Source of the DNA: a candidate division WOR-3 bacterium
GTDB taxonomy: Bacteria; Hydrothermota; Hydrothermia; LBFQ01
Reading direction: 5' to 3'
Assembly (NCBI GenBank): GCA_027002825.1
Contig: JALWZG010000018.1
Location: 2,661-66,660 of the forward strand
Length of the DNA: 64,000 nt
The position numbers and the translations under genes were made by a program. Shown in pieces: positions 1 to 10,919 of the stretch. The first letter of the stretch is position 1. Each line of letters starts with the position of its first letter. Under the pieces are notes generated by a model that saw only the letters and a list, made by a program, of their open reading frames with translations, was not told where the DNA came from and did not search any database.

Positions 1-13
1 GGGCGGTTTCGGG

Positions 14-1321
14 GTGATACTTGACAGGGATTACACGGATCCCTCCTCCCCCGACCCCACACCCTACGATTTCCCATCCGGAACGGTTCTCATGTCCGTG
101 AGCGATGCCTCCATAGGGAACGGACTCTCCCAGGGTGATTCCCTTTACCTGATAAACCCATCGGGGGATACGGTGGACAGGGTCGGAGGTTTTCCGAAGA
201 CGGGGGACGGTGTATCCGCCGAGAGGAGGGCGCCGTGGAAAGGCGAGTTCCTCCCCTCAAGGTCCCCTTCGGGCCACTCCCTCGGTATGGGAAACTCCGT
301 GAGCTGCGAGTACGATATAACCATATCCGCAGAGGGTGTTGGCCTGTCAAACGGTGGCGTCAGGACGACGTTCCTGGTGAAGAACACGGGGATAAAGGAG
401 GCTGATTTCCCGCTTGAGGTGGTGTGGAACGGCTCCGTTCACAGAAGGCTGAACGTACAGCTGGACTCCGATTCCCAGAAGGTGCTTTACTTTGAATTCC
501 CATCCAACGTTGAAGGTACAAACGAGTTCGGTCTCCTGCTGGAGGGGTACGATTGCGACTCCTCAGGCGTAGAGGCGTACCTCCACCACGTCATAGGACG
601 CCCCACCCTCGTCATAAACGAGTTCACGTACAAAGGCACGGAGTGGGTTGAACTGCACAACGCCGGGGATTGGGACCTACACCTGAGGGATGCGGGCCTG
701 GGTGATGCCTCCTCCTTCTCCTCACCCTTCAACGCCCAGTTGCCCGCGGGGGGATTTGCCGTCCTGACGGGGGACAGCACATTCAGAAACCTCTTCCCGG
801 ACGTCCCTTTCATTTTCATAGAGGACGTTCCCAAGCTCAACAACTCCTCGGACAGCGTGAAGCTGGTGGAAAAAGGGGTTGTTCTGGACGCCCTTTACTA
901 CAGGTCCTCGTGGGGCGGCGATATAAACGTTTCCCTTGAGAGGATCTCACCCTTCATGCCCTCTTCCGATTCGAACAACTGGGGAACGACACGGGATCCA
1001 AGGGGCGGAACACCGGGAAGACCCAACAGCCTCACCCTCTCCCCTCCCGAAAGCGGCGTCTCCATAGGAAAGGAGGTCTTCAACCGCTCCGAACCTGTAC
1101 CCATAGCCTTCTCGTACAACTTCAGGGTGGAAGTCATAAAGGTTATTCTGTACGACGACCTGGGGAGAAAGGTGATGGAAAAGGAGTTCAGACCGAGGGC
1201 GAGGATGGGACAGATCCTCTTCACACCGGATCACCCCCACAGGGGCCTGTACTTCCTCTTCGTTGAGGTAAAGGGTGGGGGTAAGGTTGAGAGGCGCAAG
1301 TTCAGGGTGGCCTTCAGGTAG
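14..1321 (+). CDS. Secreted lamin-tail-domain (LTD) repeat protein with T9SS-type C-terminal sorting domain; possibly 5'-truncated by window edge (no in-frame stop upstream of nt 14; GTG start)
   Basis: LTD signature VINEFTYKGTEWVELHNAGDWDLHL plus an earlier partial LTD-like block; C-terminal ~70 aa (ILYDDLGRKV...GLYFLFVEV...KFRVAFR) matches the Por/T9SS CTD pattern shared with three other ORFs in the window. Confidence 0.5.
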   Translation: MILDRDYTDPSSPDPTPYDFPSGTVLMSVSDASIGNGLSQGDSLYLINPSGDTVDRVGGFPKTGDGVSAERRAPWKGEFLPSRSPSGHSLGMGNSVSCEYDITISAEGVGLSNGGVRTTFLVKNTGIKEADFPLEVVWNGSVHRRLNVQLDSDSQKVLYFEFPSNVEGTNEFGLLLEGYDCDSSGVEAYLHHVIGRPTLVINEFTYKGTEWVELHNAGDWDLHLRDAGLGDASSFSSPFNAQLPAGGFAVLTGDSTFRNLFPDVPFIFIEDVPKLNNSSDSVKLVEKGVVLDALYYRSSWGGDINVSLERISPFMPSSDSNNWGTTRDPRGGTPGRPNSLTLSPPESGVSIGKEVFNRSEPVPIAFSYNFRVEVIKVILYDDLGRKVMEKEFRPRARMGQILFTPDHPHRGLYFLFVEVKGGGKVERRKFRVAFR

Positions 1322-1323
1322 TC

Positions 1324-3000
1324 TCAGTGTGAGCGGGAGAGCTCGCTGCTCAGGGCCCGCAGGTCCTCCTCGCTCAGCGCCCCCAGCTTTCGCATCACTA
1401 TATGACCCTCTCTGGAGAGGACGAGATGGGTGGGATAGCCGTTTATGAGGAGTTTTTGAAATACCTCTTTGGGGGCTATGGCGACGGTGTACCTGAACTC
1501 ATGCTCCTTTAAGAACTTTTTCACCACATCCGGGTCTTCCGAGGTTATGGCCAGGAACAGGACGTCCCTATGGGAGCTGGCCACGAGCCTGTTGAGGAGG
1601 GGTATCTCGTCAACGCACGGCTTACACCACGTGGCCCAGAAGTTCAGAACCACCCTTTTGCCCCTCAGATCCCCCTTGGTGATGGTATCACCGTCAAGGG
1701 TTACGGCCTTGAAGATGTCCGGGAGGGTGTCAAACCTCACGAGCTTCCTCAGTCCGGACGTGTCAACACCGAGGGATTCGGCCAAATCCAAAAGGGAGGT
1801 ATCCCGGTATAGGAAGAGGAGTGTGGCCAGGGATTCCTTAAACCTAACCGTGTCCCCTACCCTGTAGGCCGCCTTTGCGAAGCTTCTGAGCCTGAACGGT
1901 CTGCTCCTTCTCAGCCTCTCGTAATCGCTCAGGAGTTCCTCATAAACCCTCCGCCACTCCCCCACCTTTTCCCAGTGGGGTATGACATCCGAGAGGGTCA
2001 TCTCCCTGGCGATGGAGAAAACGTTCATCCTCTTTGTAGCCGTGAAGCTCCCCTCGGACACCCCGTATACGAAGACCCTTATGCTGTCCTTCGCCAGCTT
2101 CAAGGCCGAATCCACCACCCCACCTAATCTGTCATCCGACCTTCCCCTCAGGACGGGCAGGAGGGCCGAGTAGTCCAGGAAAAACCTCTTGCGGGGCGAT
2201 ATGGCTTTCAAAAAGGCAAAGGGATCTACCGTGCTATCCCTCATGGCATGGCTCACGAAACTCCACCTGCTGTTGGACCTGAGCTGCGGTATATCCGAGA
2301 GGTAATCCCCAACTATGAAAAACGTATCCCTCACCACCACCTCGCAGGAGTACCTCTGGGGCGATCCGGGGAACTTCTCGCGCAGCAGCCTCAGGAAGGC
2401 GTTCGCCAGAGCCGTATCCTTCACAACCCAATCCGCCGTCAGACATCCCCCGTAGAGGAAGGTTATGTTATCGGCTCTGCTTTTAAGTCCCCCTTTCAGG
2501 ATGGCCTTTATGGAGTCCTTCGTTATCCTGCCGATGTTCAGGAGGGTCTCGTAGTAGTTGTCCATGAAGGATAGGCTCTCGGGGTAGACCTCAAGCCCCT
2601 TTTCCCAGAGGTTGAGGAACTCCGTGGTGTCAAAGGTGTAATGGAGGGCGTAGGCGAGGAACTTGTAGGCGGTGGGCTTGGGCTTCCCCTCTTTCAGGAT
2701 CAGGACGTAGTTGGCGGTATCGTAGTGAAACTTCCCCTTCTCGTCAAAGAATGCGTACGTTATCACGTCATAGGCGGAGGCGTCGTACCTCAGGGTTTTC
2801 CCCCCTTCAACCCTCACCACCTCGTAGTCCATCCTGCAGGGTTCGGGACAGTCAAACCCCACGATCACCAACCTACCCCTCTTCCCCACCTTGAACTCCA
2901 CCACCCCCTCCGCCTCCTTCGGGGCGGACACCGCCTGTGAAACCTCTTCCTTACATCCGAAAACCGTGAGCGCTATCAAAAGGATGAAAAGGCGTTTCAT
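1324..3000 (-). CDS. Lipoprotein with C-terminal TlpA/ResA-like thioredoxin domain (thiol:disulfide oxidoreductase)
   Basis: Lipobox MKRLFILLIALTVFGC; C-terminal WATWCKPC thioredoxin active-site motif; its start abuts the ispG stop (3000/3001). Confidence 0.65.
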   Translation of the reverse strand: MKRLFILLIALTVFGCKEEVSQAVSAPKEAEGVVEFKVGKRGRLVIVGFDCPEPCRMDYEVVRVEGGKTLRYDASAYDVITYAFFDEKGKFHYDTANYVLILKEGKPKPTAYKFLAYALHYTFDTTEFLNLWEKGLEVYPESLSFMDNYYETLLNIGRITKDSIKAILKGGLKSRADNITFLYGGCLTADWVVKDTALANAFLRLLREKFPGSPQRYSCEVVVRDTFFIVGDYLSDIPQLRSNSRWSFVSHAMRDSTVDPFAFLKAISPRKRFFLDYSALLPVLRGRSDDRLGGVVDSALKLAKDSIRVFVYGVSEGSFTATKRMNVFSIAREMTLSDVIPHWEKVGEWRRVYEELLSDYERLRRSRPFRLRSFAKAAYRVGDTVRFKESLATLLFLYRDTSLLDLAESLGVDTSGLRKLVRFDTLPDIFKAVTLDGDTITKGDLRGKRVVLNFWATWCKPCVDEIPLLNRLVASSHRDVLFLAITSEDPDVVKKFLKEHEFRYTVAIAPKEVFQKLLINGYPTHLVLSREGHIVMRKLGALSEEDLRALSSELSRSH

Positions 3001-4134
3001 TCAGGCCGCAACCTCCAGCTTCACGTTCCACCTCCTCTCAATCTCTTCAAGCAGGGCGCTCAGGAGCTCCTCCTCCTTCACCCTCTTGACCGGCTTACCC
3101 TTGACGAAGATAAAGCCTGAACCCTTGCCGGCGGCTATGCCTATATCCGCTTCCCGCGCCTCGCCCGGCCCGTTCACCTCGCACCCCATCACGGCCACCT
3201 TCAGGGGGAGCTTCACACCCTCCAAGGCCTTCTCCACCCTCTCGGCCAGACCTATGAGGTCTATCTTAGTTCTGCCACACGTCGGGCAGGCTACGAGCAT
3301 TATCCCGCGGCTCCTTATCTGGAGGGACTTGAGTATCTCCCACGCCACCCTCACCTCCTCAACGGGGTCGGCCGTCAGGGACACCCGGAAGGTGTCGCCT
3401 ATACCTTCGGCAAGGAGCGTCCCTATGCCGACGGCGGACTTTATTATGCCGGTCTTGGGGGTGCCGGCCTCCGTTACGCCGAGGTGGAGGGGGTAGTCTA
3501 TGAGCTGGGACAGCCTGCGGTAGGCCTCTATCATCTGGGGGACGTAGGCGGACTTCGCCGAGACCACTATGTCCTCAAAACCCTCCTCCTCAAAGAACCT
3601 CACCCAACGGACGGCGCTCTCCACTATCCCCTCAACCGTCACCCCACCGTACTTGTCTATGAGGTCCATCTCAAGGGAGCCGGCGTTTACGCCTATGCGG
3701 ATGGGGATGCGGTTGGCCTTGGCGGCGGCGATGACCTCCTTCACCTTCTCCTTCCCCCCGATGTTGCCGGGGTTTATCCGTATCTTGTCGGCCCCGGCGT
3801 CGGCGGCCATGATGGCTATTTTGTAGTCAAAGTGGACGTCGGCGACGATCGGAACTCTCCCCTTGAAGTACTCGGCTATCTTCTTGAAGGCGGGGATGGT
3901 CCGGCGCGATGGCACGGCCACCCTCACGATCTCGCAACCGGCATCAACGAGCCTCTCAATCTGGCCTATGGTGGCCTCAACGTCGTTGGTGTCAGTTGTG
4001 GTCATGGACTGGACGGCTATGGGGTTGTCCCCCCCTATGGCGACGTTGCCTATACGTACTACCCTCGTCTTTTTCCTCTCTATCACGATGGGGATTTTAA
4101 AGCCGTTTGTATAGGAGGAGCAGAGGCAAACCAC
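3001..4134 (-). CDS. ispG: 4-hydroxy-3-methylbut-2-enyl diphosphate synthase (IspG/GcpE)
   Basis: Full-length IspG-like sequence (IGGDNPIAVQSMTTTDT..., VACPTCGRT Fe-S cysteines, TIM-barrel A domain); 377 aa. Confidence 0.9.
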   Translation of the reverse strand: MVCLCSSYTNGFKIPIVIERKKTRVVRIGNVAIGGDNPIAVQSMTTTDTNDVEATIGQIERLVDAGCEIVRVAVPSRRTIPAFKKIAEYFKGRVPIVADVHFDYKIAIMAADAGADKIRINPGNIGGKEKVKEVIAAAKANRIPIRIGVNAGSLEMDLIDKYGGVTVEGIVESAVRWVRFFEEEGFEDIVVSAKSAYVPQMIEAYRRLSQLIDYPLHLGVTEAGTPKTGIIKSAVGIGTLLAEGIGDTFRVSLTADPVEEVRVAWEILKSLQIRSRGIMLVACPTCGRTKIDLIGLAERVEKALEGVKLPLKVAVMGCEVNGPGEAREADIGIAAGKGSGFIFVKGKPVKRVKEEELLSALLEEIERRWNVKLEVAA

Positions 4135-4164
4135 CGCGCTTCGGCAGTATAATATTATCCACCT

Positions 4165-4776
4165 ATGGATGTGAACAAGGTAAGGCAGATCTGGGAGGAA
4201 GAGAAATGGACGGTTCTTGTGGGATTGTTGTTGGTGGTGGGGTTGGCCGTGGGTTTCGGGGTGTACAGGTTTAACCAGAGCCGCAAAGCGGCCGGGGATG
4301 TGCAGCTCAAGTACATAAGGGCGATAAGCGGAGACCCGGCGGCGGGTGCTTTGATGGCCGACCTGGCATCAAACCACTCCAACACGATTTGGGGGAGGTT
4401 TGCCGCCCTTGACATGATGCTCGTTGACCTCATACAGGGGAAGCGGGAGAAGGCCGAGGACATGTTAAAGGCACTTGAGGGGGCCAAGAACGAAATAGTG
4501 AAGAGCGTGTATCACTCGTACGCCTCCACCTTCAAGTTGGACAGGGGGGATGTGGAGGGAGGATTGGAAGAGCTCAACAGAGGTGCGAAGGCCACGGGGT
4601 ACCGCACCTTCAGGGACATGTTCATGTACAGGAAGGCCCTTGTTCTTTACCTTGAGGGTGAGTACGAGAAGGCGGGTGAGATCCTGAAAGGGATGAGCGA
4701 GGATTACGAGTCGTCCTATAGGGAAGACGCCGAGGCGCTCCTGAGGAAGGTAAACCTTTTGAAAGGGGGTGAGTAG
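4165..4776 (+). CDS. Membrane-anchored TPR-like protein (YfgM-like architecture)
   Basis: Single N-terminal TM helix ([20 protein letters not shown]) followed by an alpha-helical TPR-like region; size and topology as in YfgM family. Confidence 0.4.
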   Translation: MDVNKVRQIWEEEKWTVLVGLLLVVGLAVGFGVYRFNQSRKAAGDVQLKYIRAISGDPAAGALMADLASNHSNTIWGRFAALDMMLVDLIQGKREKAEDMLKALEGAKNEIVKSVYHSYASTFKLDRGDVEGGLEELNRGAKATGYRTFRDMFMYRKALVLYLEGEYEKAGEILKGMSEDYESSYREDAEALLRKVNLLKGGE

Positions 4777-4778
4777 AG

Positions 4779-7307
4779 ATGTTCATGGGAAGTCCGGCCT
4801 TTACGGATAAGGCGAGAAGACTCCTCATGATAGCAAGACAGGAGGCCATAAGCTTCAACCACGATTACATGAGCGCAGAGCATTTCCTCCTGGCAATAAC
4901 GCGGCTGCGCAACTGTATGGCATCCGTCATCCTGACCAACTTCGGTGTGGACCTTGACGACCTGAGGGACGAGGTTGTCAGGGGGCTTACGAAGGGGCCG
5001 AAGAGGCGGACCTATCCGCAGGAGATACCGCTCTCGGCCACGGCCAAAAGGGTCTTGAACGTCGCCGTTGAAGAGGCGAGGAAGATGAGGAGCAACCTTG
5101 TGGGGACGGAGCATATACTCCTCGGCATAGTTGAGGAGAGGAACTCCTACCCTTCACAGGTTTTGAGGAACAGGTTCGGTATAACACAGGAGTGGGTGAA
5201 GCAGGAGATCGTGCGCCTGCGCGACATGGGGAAGCACGACGATAACATATCCAGCTTCTCCCACGGAATGGAGTTCACCCATAGGTTCACGTTGGACGAA
5301 CCCGCCCAACCGAGAAGACCCGTGAGGAGGACCCATCAGAGGAGCAACACCAGAACCCTGGACCAGTTTTCGGTTGACCTGACCAAGCTCGCCCAGGAGG
5401 GCAAACTCGATCCCGTTGTGGGAAGGGAGAGGGAGATAGAGAGGGTCATACACATACTATCGCGCAGGAAGAAGAACAACCCCGTCCTTCTCGGAGAACC
5501 CGGTGTGGGCAAAACGGCCATAGTTGAAGGCCTGGCGCAGAGGATAGTCAGGGGGGAGGTCCCGGATAGCCTGAAGGGAAAGCGTATAGTCGCCCTCGAT
5601 CTGGCCGGTATAGTGGCCGGCACCAAGTACAGGGGTCAGTTTGAGGAGAGGATAAAGGCCATAATAAACGAGGTGACCAACGCCCCCGATGTCATACTCT
5701 TCATAGACGAGCTGCACACCTTGGTGGGGGCGGGGGCGGCTGAAGGCGCGCTGGACGCCGCCAACATACTGAAGCCCGCCTTGGCCAGGGGACAGCTGCA
5801 GATCATAGGGGCGACGACGGTTGAGGAGTACAAAAAGCACATAGAACACGACGGTGCGCTTGAGAGGAGGTTCCAACCCGTTTACGTGGAGCCTCCCACC
5901 GTTGAGGAGACCATAGAGATACTCAAACACCTCAAACCCAAGTACGAGGAGTTCCACCACGTCAGGTATTCGGACGGGGCCCTGGAGGCCGCCGCCAAGC
6001 TTTCCGACAGGTACATAACGGACAGAAACCTGCCCGACAAGGCGATAGACTTGATGGACGAGGCGGGTGCGGCCGTGAAGCTCAAAGAGAGAAAGCCGGA
6101 GGTGGAGGAGCAGATAGCCTACCTTGAGAGCGAGCTGCAGAGGGTCAGGAGGTTGAAGGAGTTCTCCATAAGGAGGAGCATATCCGCCCAGAAACAGCTT
6201 GAGGAGAGGGAGAAGGAGATAGAGAGGAAGATCAGGGAGATAGAGGAGAAGAACAGACCGCTCGTAACCGAGGAGGATGTGGCGAAGGTGGTAGCCCGTT
6301 GGACGGGTATACCCGTATCCCAGATCACCTACGATGAGTCCAGAAGACTTCTCCACCTTGAGGAGGAGCTGAGGAAGAGGGTTGTGGGTCAGGACGAGGC
6401 CATAGTCGCCCTGGCGAAGGCGATACGCAGGGCCAGATCCGGTATAAAGGACACGCGCAGACCCATAGGCTCGTTCCTCTTCCTTGGGCCTACGGGCGTG
6501 GGCAAGACGGAGCTGGCCAAGGCCCTGGCCGAGTTCATGTTCGGTAGTGAGAAGGCCCTCATACGCATAGACATGTCGGAGTACATGGAGAGGCACAGCG
6601 TCTCCCGCCTCATAGGCGCACCTCCCGGGTACGTCGGCTACGAGGAGGGTGGACAGCTGACGGAAGCCGTCAAACGCCGTCCCTACTCCGTCGTCCTCTT
6701 TGACGAGATCGAAAAGGCCCATCCCGAAGTTTTCAACGTCCTGCTTCAGGTCCTGGAGGACGGCATCCTGACGGACGGACTCGGAAGGAGGGTTTCCTTC
6801 CGCAACACCATAGTCATAATGACGAGCAACATAGGAATACGTAGGATAAAGGAGGCCCGGAGGATGGGTTTTGACGTCGGTGACGGGGAAGAGGAGCTGA
6901 GCTTTGAGAGGGTAAAGGAGCTCCTCCTCGCGGAGGTCAAAAGGACGCTTCCACCTGAGTTCATAAACCGCCTGGACGAGATCATAATCTTCAGACCTCT
7001 GGCACGCGAGGACCTCATAAAGATAGTGGACATAATGCTGGAGGACCTGCGGAGGAGGTTGCGGGAGAGGAAGATCACCATAGAGCTGACGTACCGCCTC
7101 AAGGAATTCCTCGTCGCCGAGGGTTACAATCCGGAGTACGGGGCTAGGCCCTTGCGCCGGGTCATACGCAAACACATAGAGGAGCCGCTCTCGGAACTCA
7201 TAATAGCGGGGGAGATAAGGGAGGGGGATTCCGTCGTGGTGGACCTGGACGAGAAGACGGGAAAGCCCTCGTTCCGCAAGAAGAGGGAGGAGATCGCTAC
7301 GTTTTGA
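4779..7307 (+). CDS. clpC: ATP-dependent Clp protease ATP-binding subunit, ClpC-type (two AAA+ modules, Clp_N repeats, short UVR-like middle domain)
   Basis: Two Clp_N repeats; Walker [16 protein letters not shown] and [15 protein letters not shown]; short coiled-coil linker (not the long ClpB M-domain); putative ClpP-docking MGF loop (RRMGFDVG); GGGGTGA ribosome-binding site upstream. Confidence 0.85.
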   Translation: MFMGSPAFTDKARRLLMIARQEAISFNHDYMSAEHFLLAITRLRNCMASVILTNFGVDLDDLRDEVVRGLTKGPKRRTYPQEIPLSATAKRVLNVAVEEARKMRSNLVGTEHILLGIVEERNSYPSQVLRNRFGITQEWVKQEIVRLRDMGKHDDNISSFSHGMEFTHRFTLDEPAQPRRPVRRTHQRSNTRTLDQFSVDLTKLAQEGKLDPVVGREREIERVIHILSRRKKNNPVLLGEPGVGKTAIVEGLAQRIVRGEVPDSLKGKRIVALDLAGIVAGTKYRGQFEERIKAIINEVTNAPDVILFIDELHTLVGAGAAEGALDAANILKPALARGQLQIIGATTVEEYKKHIEHDGALERRFQPVYVEPPTVEETIEILKHLKPKYEEFHHVRYSDGALEAAAKLSDRYITDRNLPDKAIDLMDEAGAAVKLKERKPEVEEQIAYLESELQRVRRLKEFSIRRSISAQKQLEEREKEIERKIREIEEKNRPLVTEEDVAKVVARWTGIPVSQITYDESRRLLHLEEELRKRVVGQDEAIVALAKAIRRARSGIKDTRRPIGSFLFLGPTGVGKTELAKALAEFMFGSEKALIRIDMSEYMERHSVSRLIGAPPGYVGYEEGGQLTEAVKRRPYSVVLFDEIEKAHPEVFNVLLQVLEDGILTDGLGRRVSFRNTIVIMTSNIGIRRIKEARRMGFDVGDGEEELSFERVKELLLAEVKRTLPPEFINRLDEIIIFRPLAREDLIKIVDIMLEDLRRRLRERKITIELTYRLKEFLVAEGYNPEYGARPLRRVIRKHIEEPLSELIIAGEIREGDSVVVDLDEKTGKPSFRKKREEIATF

Positions 7308-9000
7308 CGTCCATGAGCTCCGAGTAGTGGGGACAGGTTTTGCGTAGGTGGGTGTGTGTGCCGACGCACACCACCCTTCCCCTCTCTATCACCACCACTT
7401 TTTCACACCAGAGTGCGGTACTTCTCTTGTGCGCCACCACCACGAGGGTGATGTCCTTCAACCCTCTGAGGATCCCTCCAAGGGCGTTCTCGCTCTTCGT
7501 ATCAAGGGCGCTTGTAGGCTCGTCCATAAGTAGGAGGGAGGGTTTCCTCGCCAACACCCGTGCGATCCCGATCCTCTGTTTTTCCCCGCCGGAGAGTGTG
7601 TCCTTCAGGTTTACGGTATCCTCGTCCAACCTGTCCATCAGATGGGTGAGTTGGATGTCCTGCAAGAGCTTCCCGTCGGCACCTCCGAGGTTTTCCCTGA
7701 GACTTCCGTCAAACACGTACACCTCCTGGGGTACATAACCCACCACCTCCCTCCACTTTTCTACGGAGTAGGAATAAAGGGGGATGCCGTCCAAGAGTAT
7801 CTCCCCTTCGGAGGGTTTTAAAAAGCCCGCTATCAGGTCTATCAGGGTGCTTTTGCCCGCACCCGACCTGCCTATGACCGCCAACCTGTCCCCTCTCCTT
7901 ATCCTCAGATGGGGGACGCGCAACACCTCCCTGCCATCCTGCCTTACGACGATGTCCTTCAGTTCCAACTCCTTCCAGCCGGTCGGGTCAAGCTCCCCCC
8001 ACCTCTCCTCGGGCAAGTCCATAAAGGCCTTGAGCCTCTCGTATGACGTCCTCGCCGTGTTTATGTAGGCCAGACTCTGGAACACGAGCTTCAGGGGACG
8101 TATCATGGACAGGGAGGCCGCGAGGAAAACTATGAAGGCGTCGGGCGAGACCGTTCCGGTTTTGAATATGAAGTATCCCGCCAGGAAGAGGATAAGGGCG
8201 GCGCTCAAGCCGACCAGGGTTTCCGATAGTATGGGGGCCAAGGCGGCCGTGAACTCCAGCTTCAGGAATTGGACGTAGAGCCTTTGGGAGAAGTCGGCAA
8301 ACCTCTCAACGGCCTTGCCGACGGCGTTTAGGGATTTTATGCTCTTTATGCCTTCGAGGCTTTTGGAGAGGTAGGCGGAGAAGTCTCCGAGGGTTTCCAG
8401 GGCCTTCTTTGAGCGCCTCTTCACGGCCCTTGAGACCGCCCAGCCGAGGATTGACGCCAGGATCAGGATGCTCCACGCGAAAACGCTCAGGACGGGGGCG
8501 GACGTGAGGGCGAGGGTGGCGAAAACGAGGAGGTTTAGGGTTTCCCCAAGTAGGTTGCCCACACCGTCCCTTATGGCGAGTTTTATGTAGTTTATCTCTC
8601 CTGTCAATCGGGATACCAGATCCCCGGAACGCAGCCTTTTTATGTGGGACATGTCCGCGAACATCACCGATCTGAAGACCTTTTCCCGGAGGTCCTTGGC
8701 CGCCATTTCCATTACGGCGAGTATTGACATCTTTTTGGCCGCACCCACGAACATCTTGAGCGTGAAAATCCCACCCACGAGGATTGAGATGGAGCGTAGT
8801 GTCAGGAATTTATCCCCTTTCAACATCCCCTCTATAAGGCCCTCAAAGGGTTTGAGGGCGGGTATCAGGGAGAGCTCCGACTGCGTTCCGAGCAGGGCCC
8901 TCAATATGAGGGGAAGGACGGAAAGGGACAGCCCCTCAACGATGGCGTACAGGATGCTGAAGAGGAGGTAGGCCGAAAACAGGATGATGTACCTTTTCAC
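7297..9000 (-). CDS. ABC exporter, fused permease/ATPase (MsbA-like)
   Basis: N-terminal 6-TM domain; Walker [17 protein letters not shown], signature [15 protein letters not shown], Walker [13 protein letters not shown]. Confidence 0.85.
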   Translation of the reverse strand: MKRYIILFSAYLLFSILYAIVEGLSLSVLPLILRALLGTQSELSLIPALKPFEGLIEGMLKGDKFLTLRSISILVGGIFTLKMFVGAAKKMSILAVMEMAAKDLREKVFRSVMFADMSHIKRLRSGDLVSRLTGEINYIKLAIRDGVGNLLGETLNLLVFATLALTSAPVLSVFAWSILILASILGWAVSRAVKRRSKKALETLGDFSAYLSKSLEGIKSIKSLNAVGKAVERFADFSQRLYVQFLKLEFTAALAPILSETLVGLSAALILFLAGYFIFKTGTVSPDAFIVFLAASLSMIRPLKLVFQSLAYINTARTSYERLKAFMDLPEERWGELDPTGWKELELKDIVVRQDGREVLRVPHLRIRRGDRLAVIGRSGAGKSTLIDLIAGFLKPSEGEILLDGIPLYSYSVEKWREVVGYVPQEVYVFDGSLRENLGGADGKLLQDIQLTHLMDRLDEDTVNLKDTLSGGEKQRIGIARVLARKPSLLLMDEPTSALDTKSENALGGILRGLKDITLVVVAHKRSTALWCEKVVVIERGRVVCVGTHTHLRKTCPHYSELMDVKT

Positions 9001-10901
9001 CCCTCGCTCTCCTGGAGACTCTCAAGTATGGCCTCTCCTATGGAGGCGGCGTTCTGGTTCACCCTTTCCATGTCCGAGAGTATGTCCAGGTATATCTCTC
9101 CGGATTGGACGTTGGAAAAGGCGACCCCCCTGTAGAACTCCTTCCTCAACTCCACCAAAAGCGACTTGGCCTCCTGTCCCCTCATCACGAGTTCCTCCGC
9201 CTTTTCCCTATCCCACGTGGAAAGGGCCAACATGGCAGTGGCGAGGGTTTTCATGACCTCATCGTGCATCCTCCTGATGCCTGAGAGCTCCCCCTCGGAC
9301 AGGGCTATCCCCTCCCTGTACATCTTTTCAACGCTCCTCATAACGGACTTGGATATTATGTCCCCTATGTTTTCTATTTCCTCCATTATCTGGGCCAGGG
9401 CGACCACCCTCCTGCTTATGTCCTTTGAGGTGTCATGGGTGAAGACCTTTGAGACGTAGGCGTTTACGGTTTCCTCCGCCCTGTCTATTTCGTCGTCCAT
9501 CTTCGCAACCTCCTCGTAGATGGCCGGACTCCTCGTCCTTATGGCATCGTAAACCTCCCGGAACATCTTTATGGACGTGTTGAGCGCGTCCATCACGACC
9601 TTTTCCATGTACACGAGTAGGATTTCCGGATCGCTGTAAATAACCGGGACCTTTATACCCTCTTTGGCCGATACTGGGGTCTTCCAGAGGGGTTTGACGT
9701 AGGCGAGGGAGACCATTATTGAAGCGAAGATCAGGTTGTAGTATATGTGGGAGAGGGCTATGTTCTTGCTGATGTCCTCCACCCAGAGGGGGAGGGATTT
9801 TGCGAGGGGTATCGTGGGAAGCAGGGCCGTGGCCAGGAGCATCCTTCCCACAAGGTTTATGAGGGCGACCTTGCGGGCGGTGCTGGAGAGTCGGGTTGAG
9901 GCCAGAACCGCGGTGAAGGCCGTTCCCACGTTCGCCCCGAGGACGACGGCGAGGGCGGTCTCAAAGTTTATCATTCCGGCAAAGGCCATGGAGAGGGCTA
10001 TACCGATGGTGAGGGCGGAGGAGTGGACGAGGGCGGCGAACAAGGCGGCCCCTGCCGCCGTCAAGGGTAGGTTGCCGGATGCCCCCTGCAACACGTCCAC
10101 CACATAGGGTAGGTTTGCCATGTCTGAAAAGGAATTCCCCATCTGCCATATCCCGAAAAAGGCCAGACCGTAACCGAAGAGCGCCCTGCCGTAATGGGTG
10201 TACAGGGTTGTGAAGTTTTCAAGGTAGTATCCCACGGCCATCACCAATATTGACACGTAGGTCAGTCCGAGGGAGAGTATACCCACCGTAAGGGTTGTCC
10301 CTATCCCCGCCCCCGCGTTCATCGCCATGGCCGAGGCGGGGGTCAAAAAGCCGAGGTCGGCGAAGGATACCACCATGACCGTGACGGCGGTGGAGGATTG
10401 GAAACCGAGTGCGGCTATAAGGCCTCCTATGGCCGCCATCAAAGGGTTTTTGGAGAGTCTTGTGAGGAGGTCCCGCGTCCAGCCCCCCACCGCCCTCATT
10501 ATGCCCGTTGATCCCCTGTTTAGACCGAACATGAAGAGGACGAATCCGCCCAATATCTCAAGGAGTTTGAGAAACCAGTACCCCTCCCTCAAAACCCTCG
10601 CCCTCAGGGTTAAGGTTGTGTCCTCCGTGTAGGCTATGAGTTTTACGTCCGTCGGTCTCTGGGGAACCGGAGGAGGGTATATGGCGAGGCTGTCCCCGGA
10701 GACGGCAACCTCCCTGTGTTCAAACGTGTCGCCCACGTATACGAAGGACACCCTGCATCCCGGAACGCTCTTGAGGCGGAAGGGTTTAAGACTCTCACCC
10801 ACGTAAACCACCTGACCGTCTCCCGAAAGGTCTATATCGTAGAGCGTATCGTAAACCTTCATCAGAGGGCAATAGGCGAGGACGTGCACCAGCAAATCCA
10901 C
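8997..10901 (-). CDS. Na+/phosphate cotransporter (NptA family) fused to C-terminal PhoU-like domain; N-terminal ~110 aa of the ORF are doubtful
   Basis: NptA motifs (LGGFVLFMFGL..., VVLGANVGTAFTAVLAS); C-terminal helical PhoU-like repeats; ATGA overlap with downstream ABC exporter gene. Confidence 0.75.
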   Translation of the reverse strand: MDLLVHVLAYCPLMKVYDTLYDIDLSGDGQVVYVGESLKPFRLKSVPGCRVSFVYVGDTFEHREVAVSGDSLAIYPPPVPQRPTDVKLIAYTEDTTLTLRARVLREGYWFLKLLEILGGFVLFMFGLNRGSTGIMRAVGGWTRDLLTRLSKNPLMAAIGGLIAALGFQSSTAVTVMVVSFADLGFLTPASAMAMNAGAGIGTTLTVGILSLGLTYVSILVMAVGYYLENFTTLYTHYGRALFGYGLAFFGIWQMGNSFSDMANLPYVVDVLQGASGNLPLTAAGAALFAALVHSSALTIGIALSMAFAGMINFETALAVVLGANVGTAFTAVLASTRLSSTARKVALINLVGRMLLATALLPTIPLAKSLPLWVEDISKNIALSHIYYNLIFASIMVSLAYVKPLWKTPVSAKEGIKVPVIYSDPEILLVYMEKVVMDALNTSIKMFREVYDAIRTRSPAIYEEVAKMDDEIDRAEETVNAYVSKVFTHDTSKDISRRVVALAQIMEEIENIGDIISKSVMRSVEKMYREGIALSEGELSGIRRMHDEVMKTLATAMLALSTWDREKAEELVMRGQEAKSLLVELRKEFYRGVAFSNVQSGEIYLDILSDMERVNQNAASIGEAILESLQESEG

Positions 10902-10919
10902 CGATTTTACGGCCGATAG

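Noticed and set aside
5457-7175. 572-aa ORF antisense to clpC (and similar long antisense ORFs at 3484..4152, 37253..37735, 39029..39559, 47539..48306, 48173..48895, 58980..60077, 61874..62644)
   Set aside because: These lie opposite strongly supported genes. Their products are Pro/Gly/Leu/Arg-rich low-complexity sequence of the kind that arises from absence of stops on the antisense strand of GC-rich coding DNA, and they carry no motifs.
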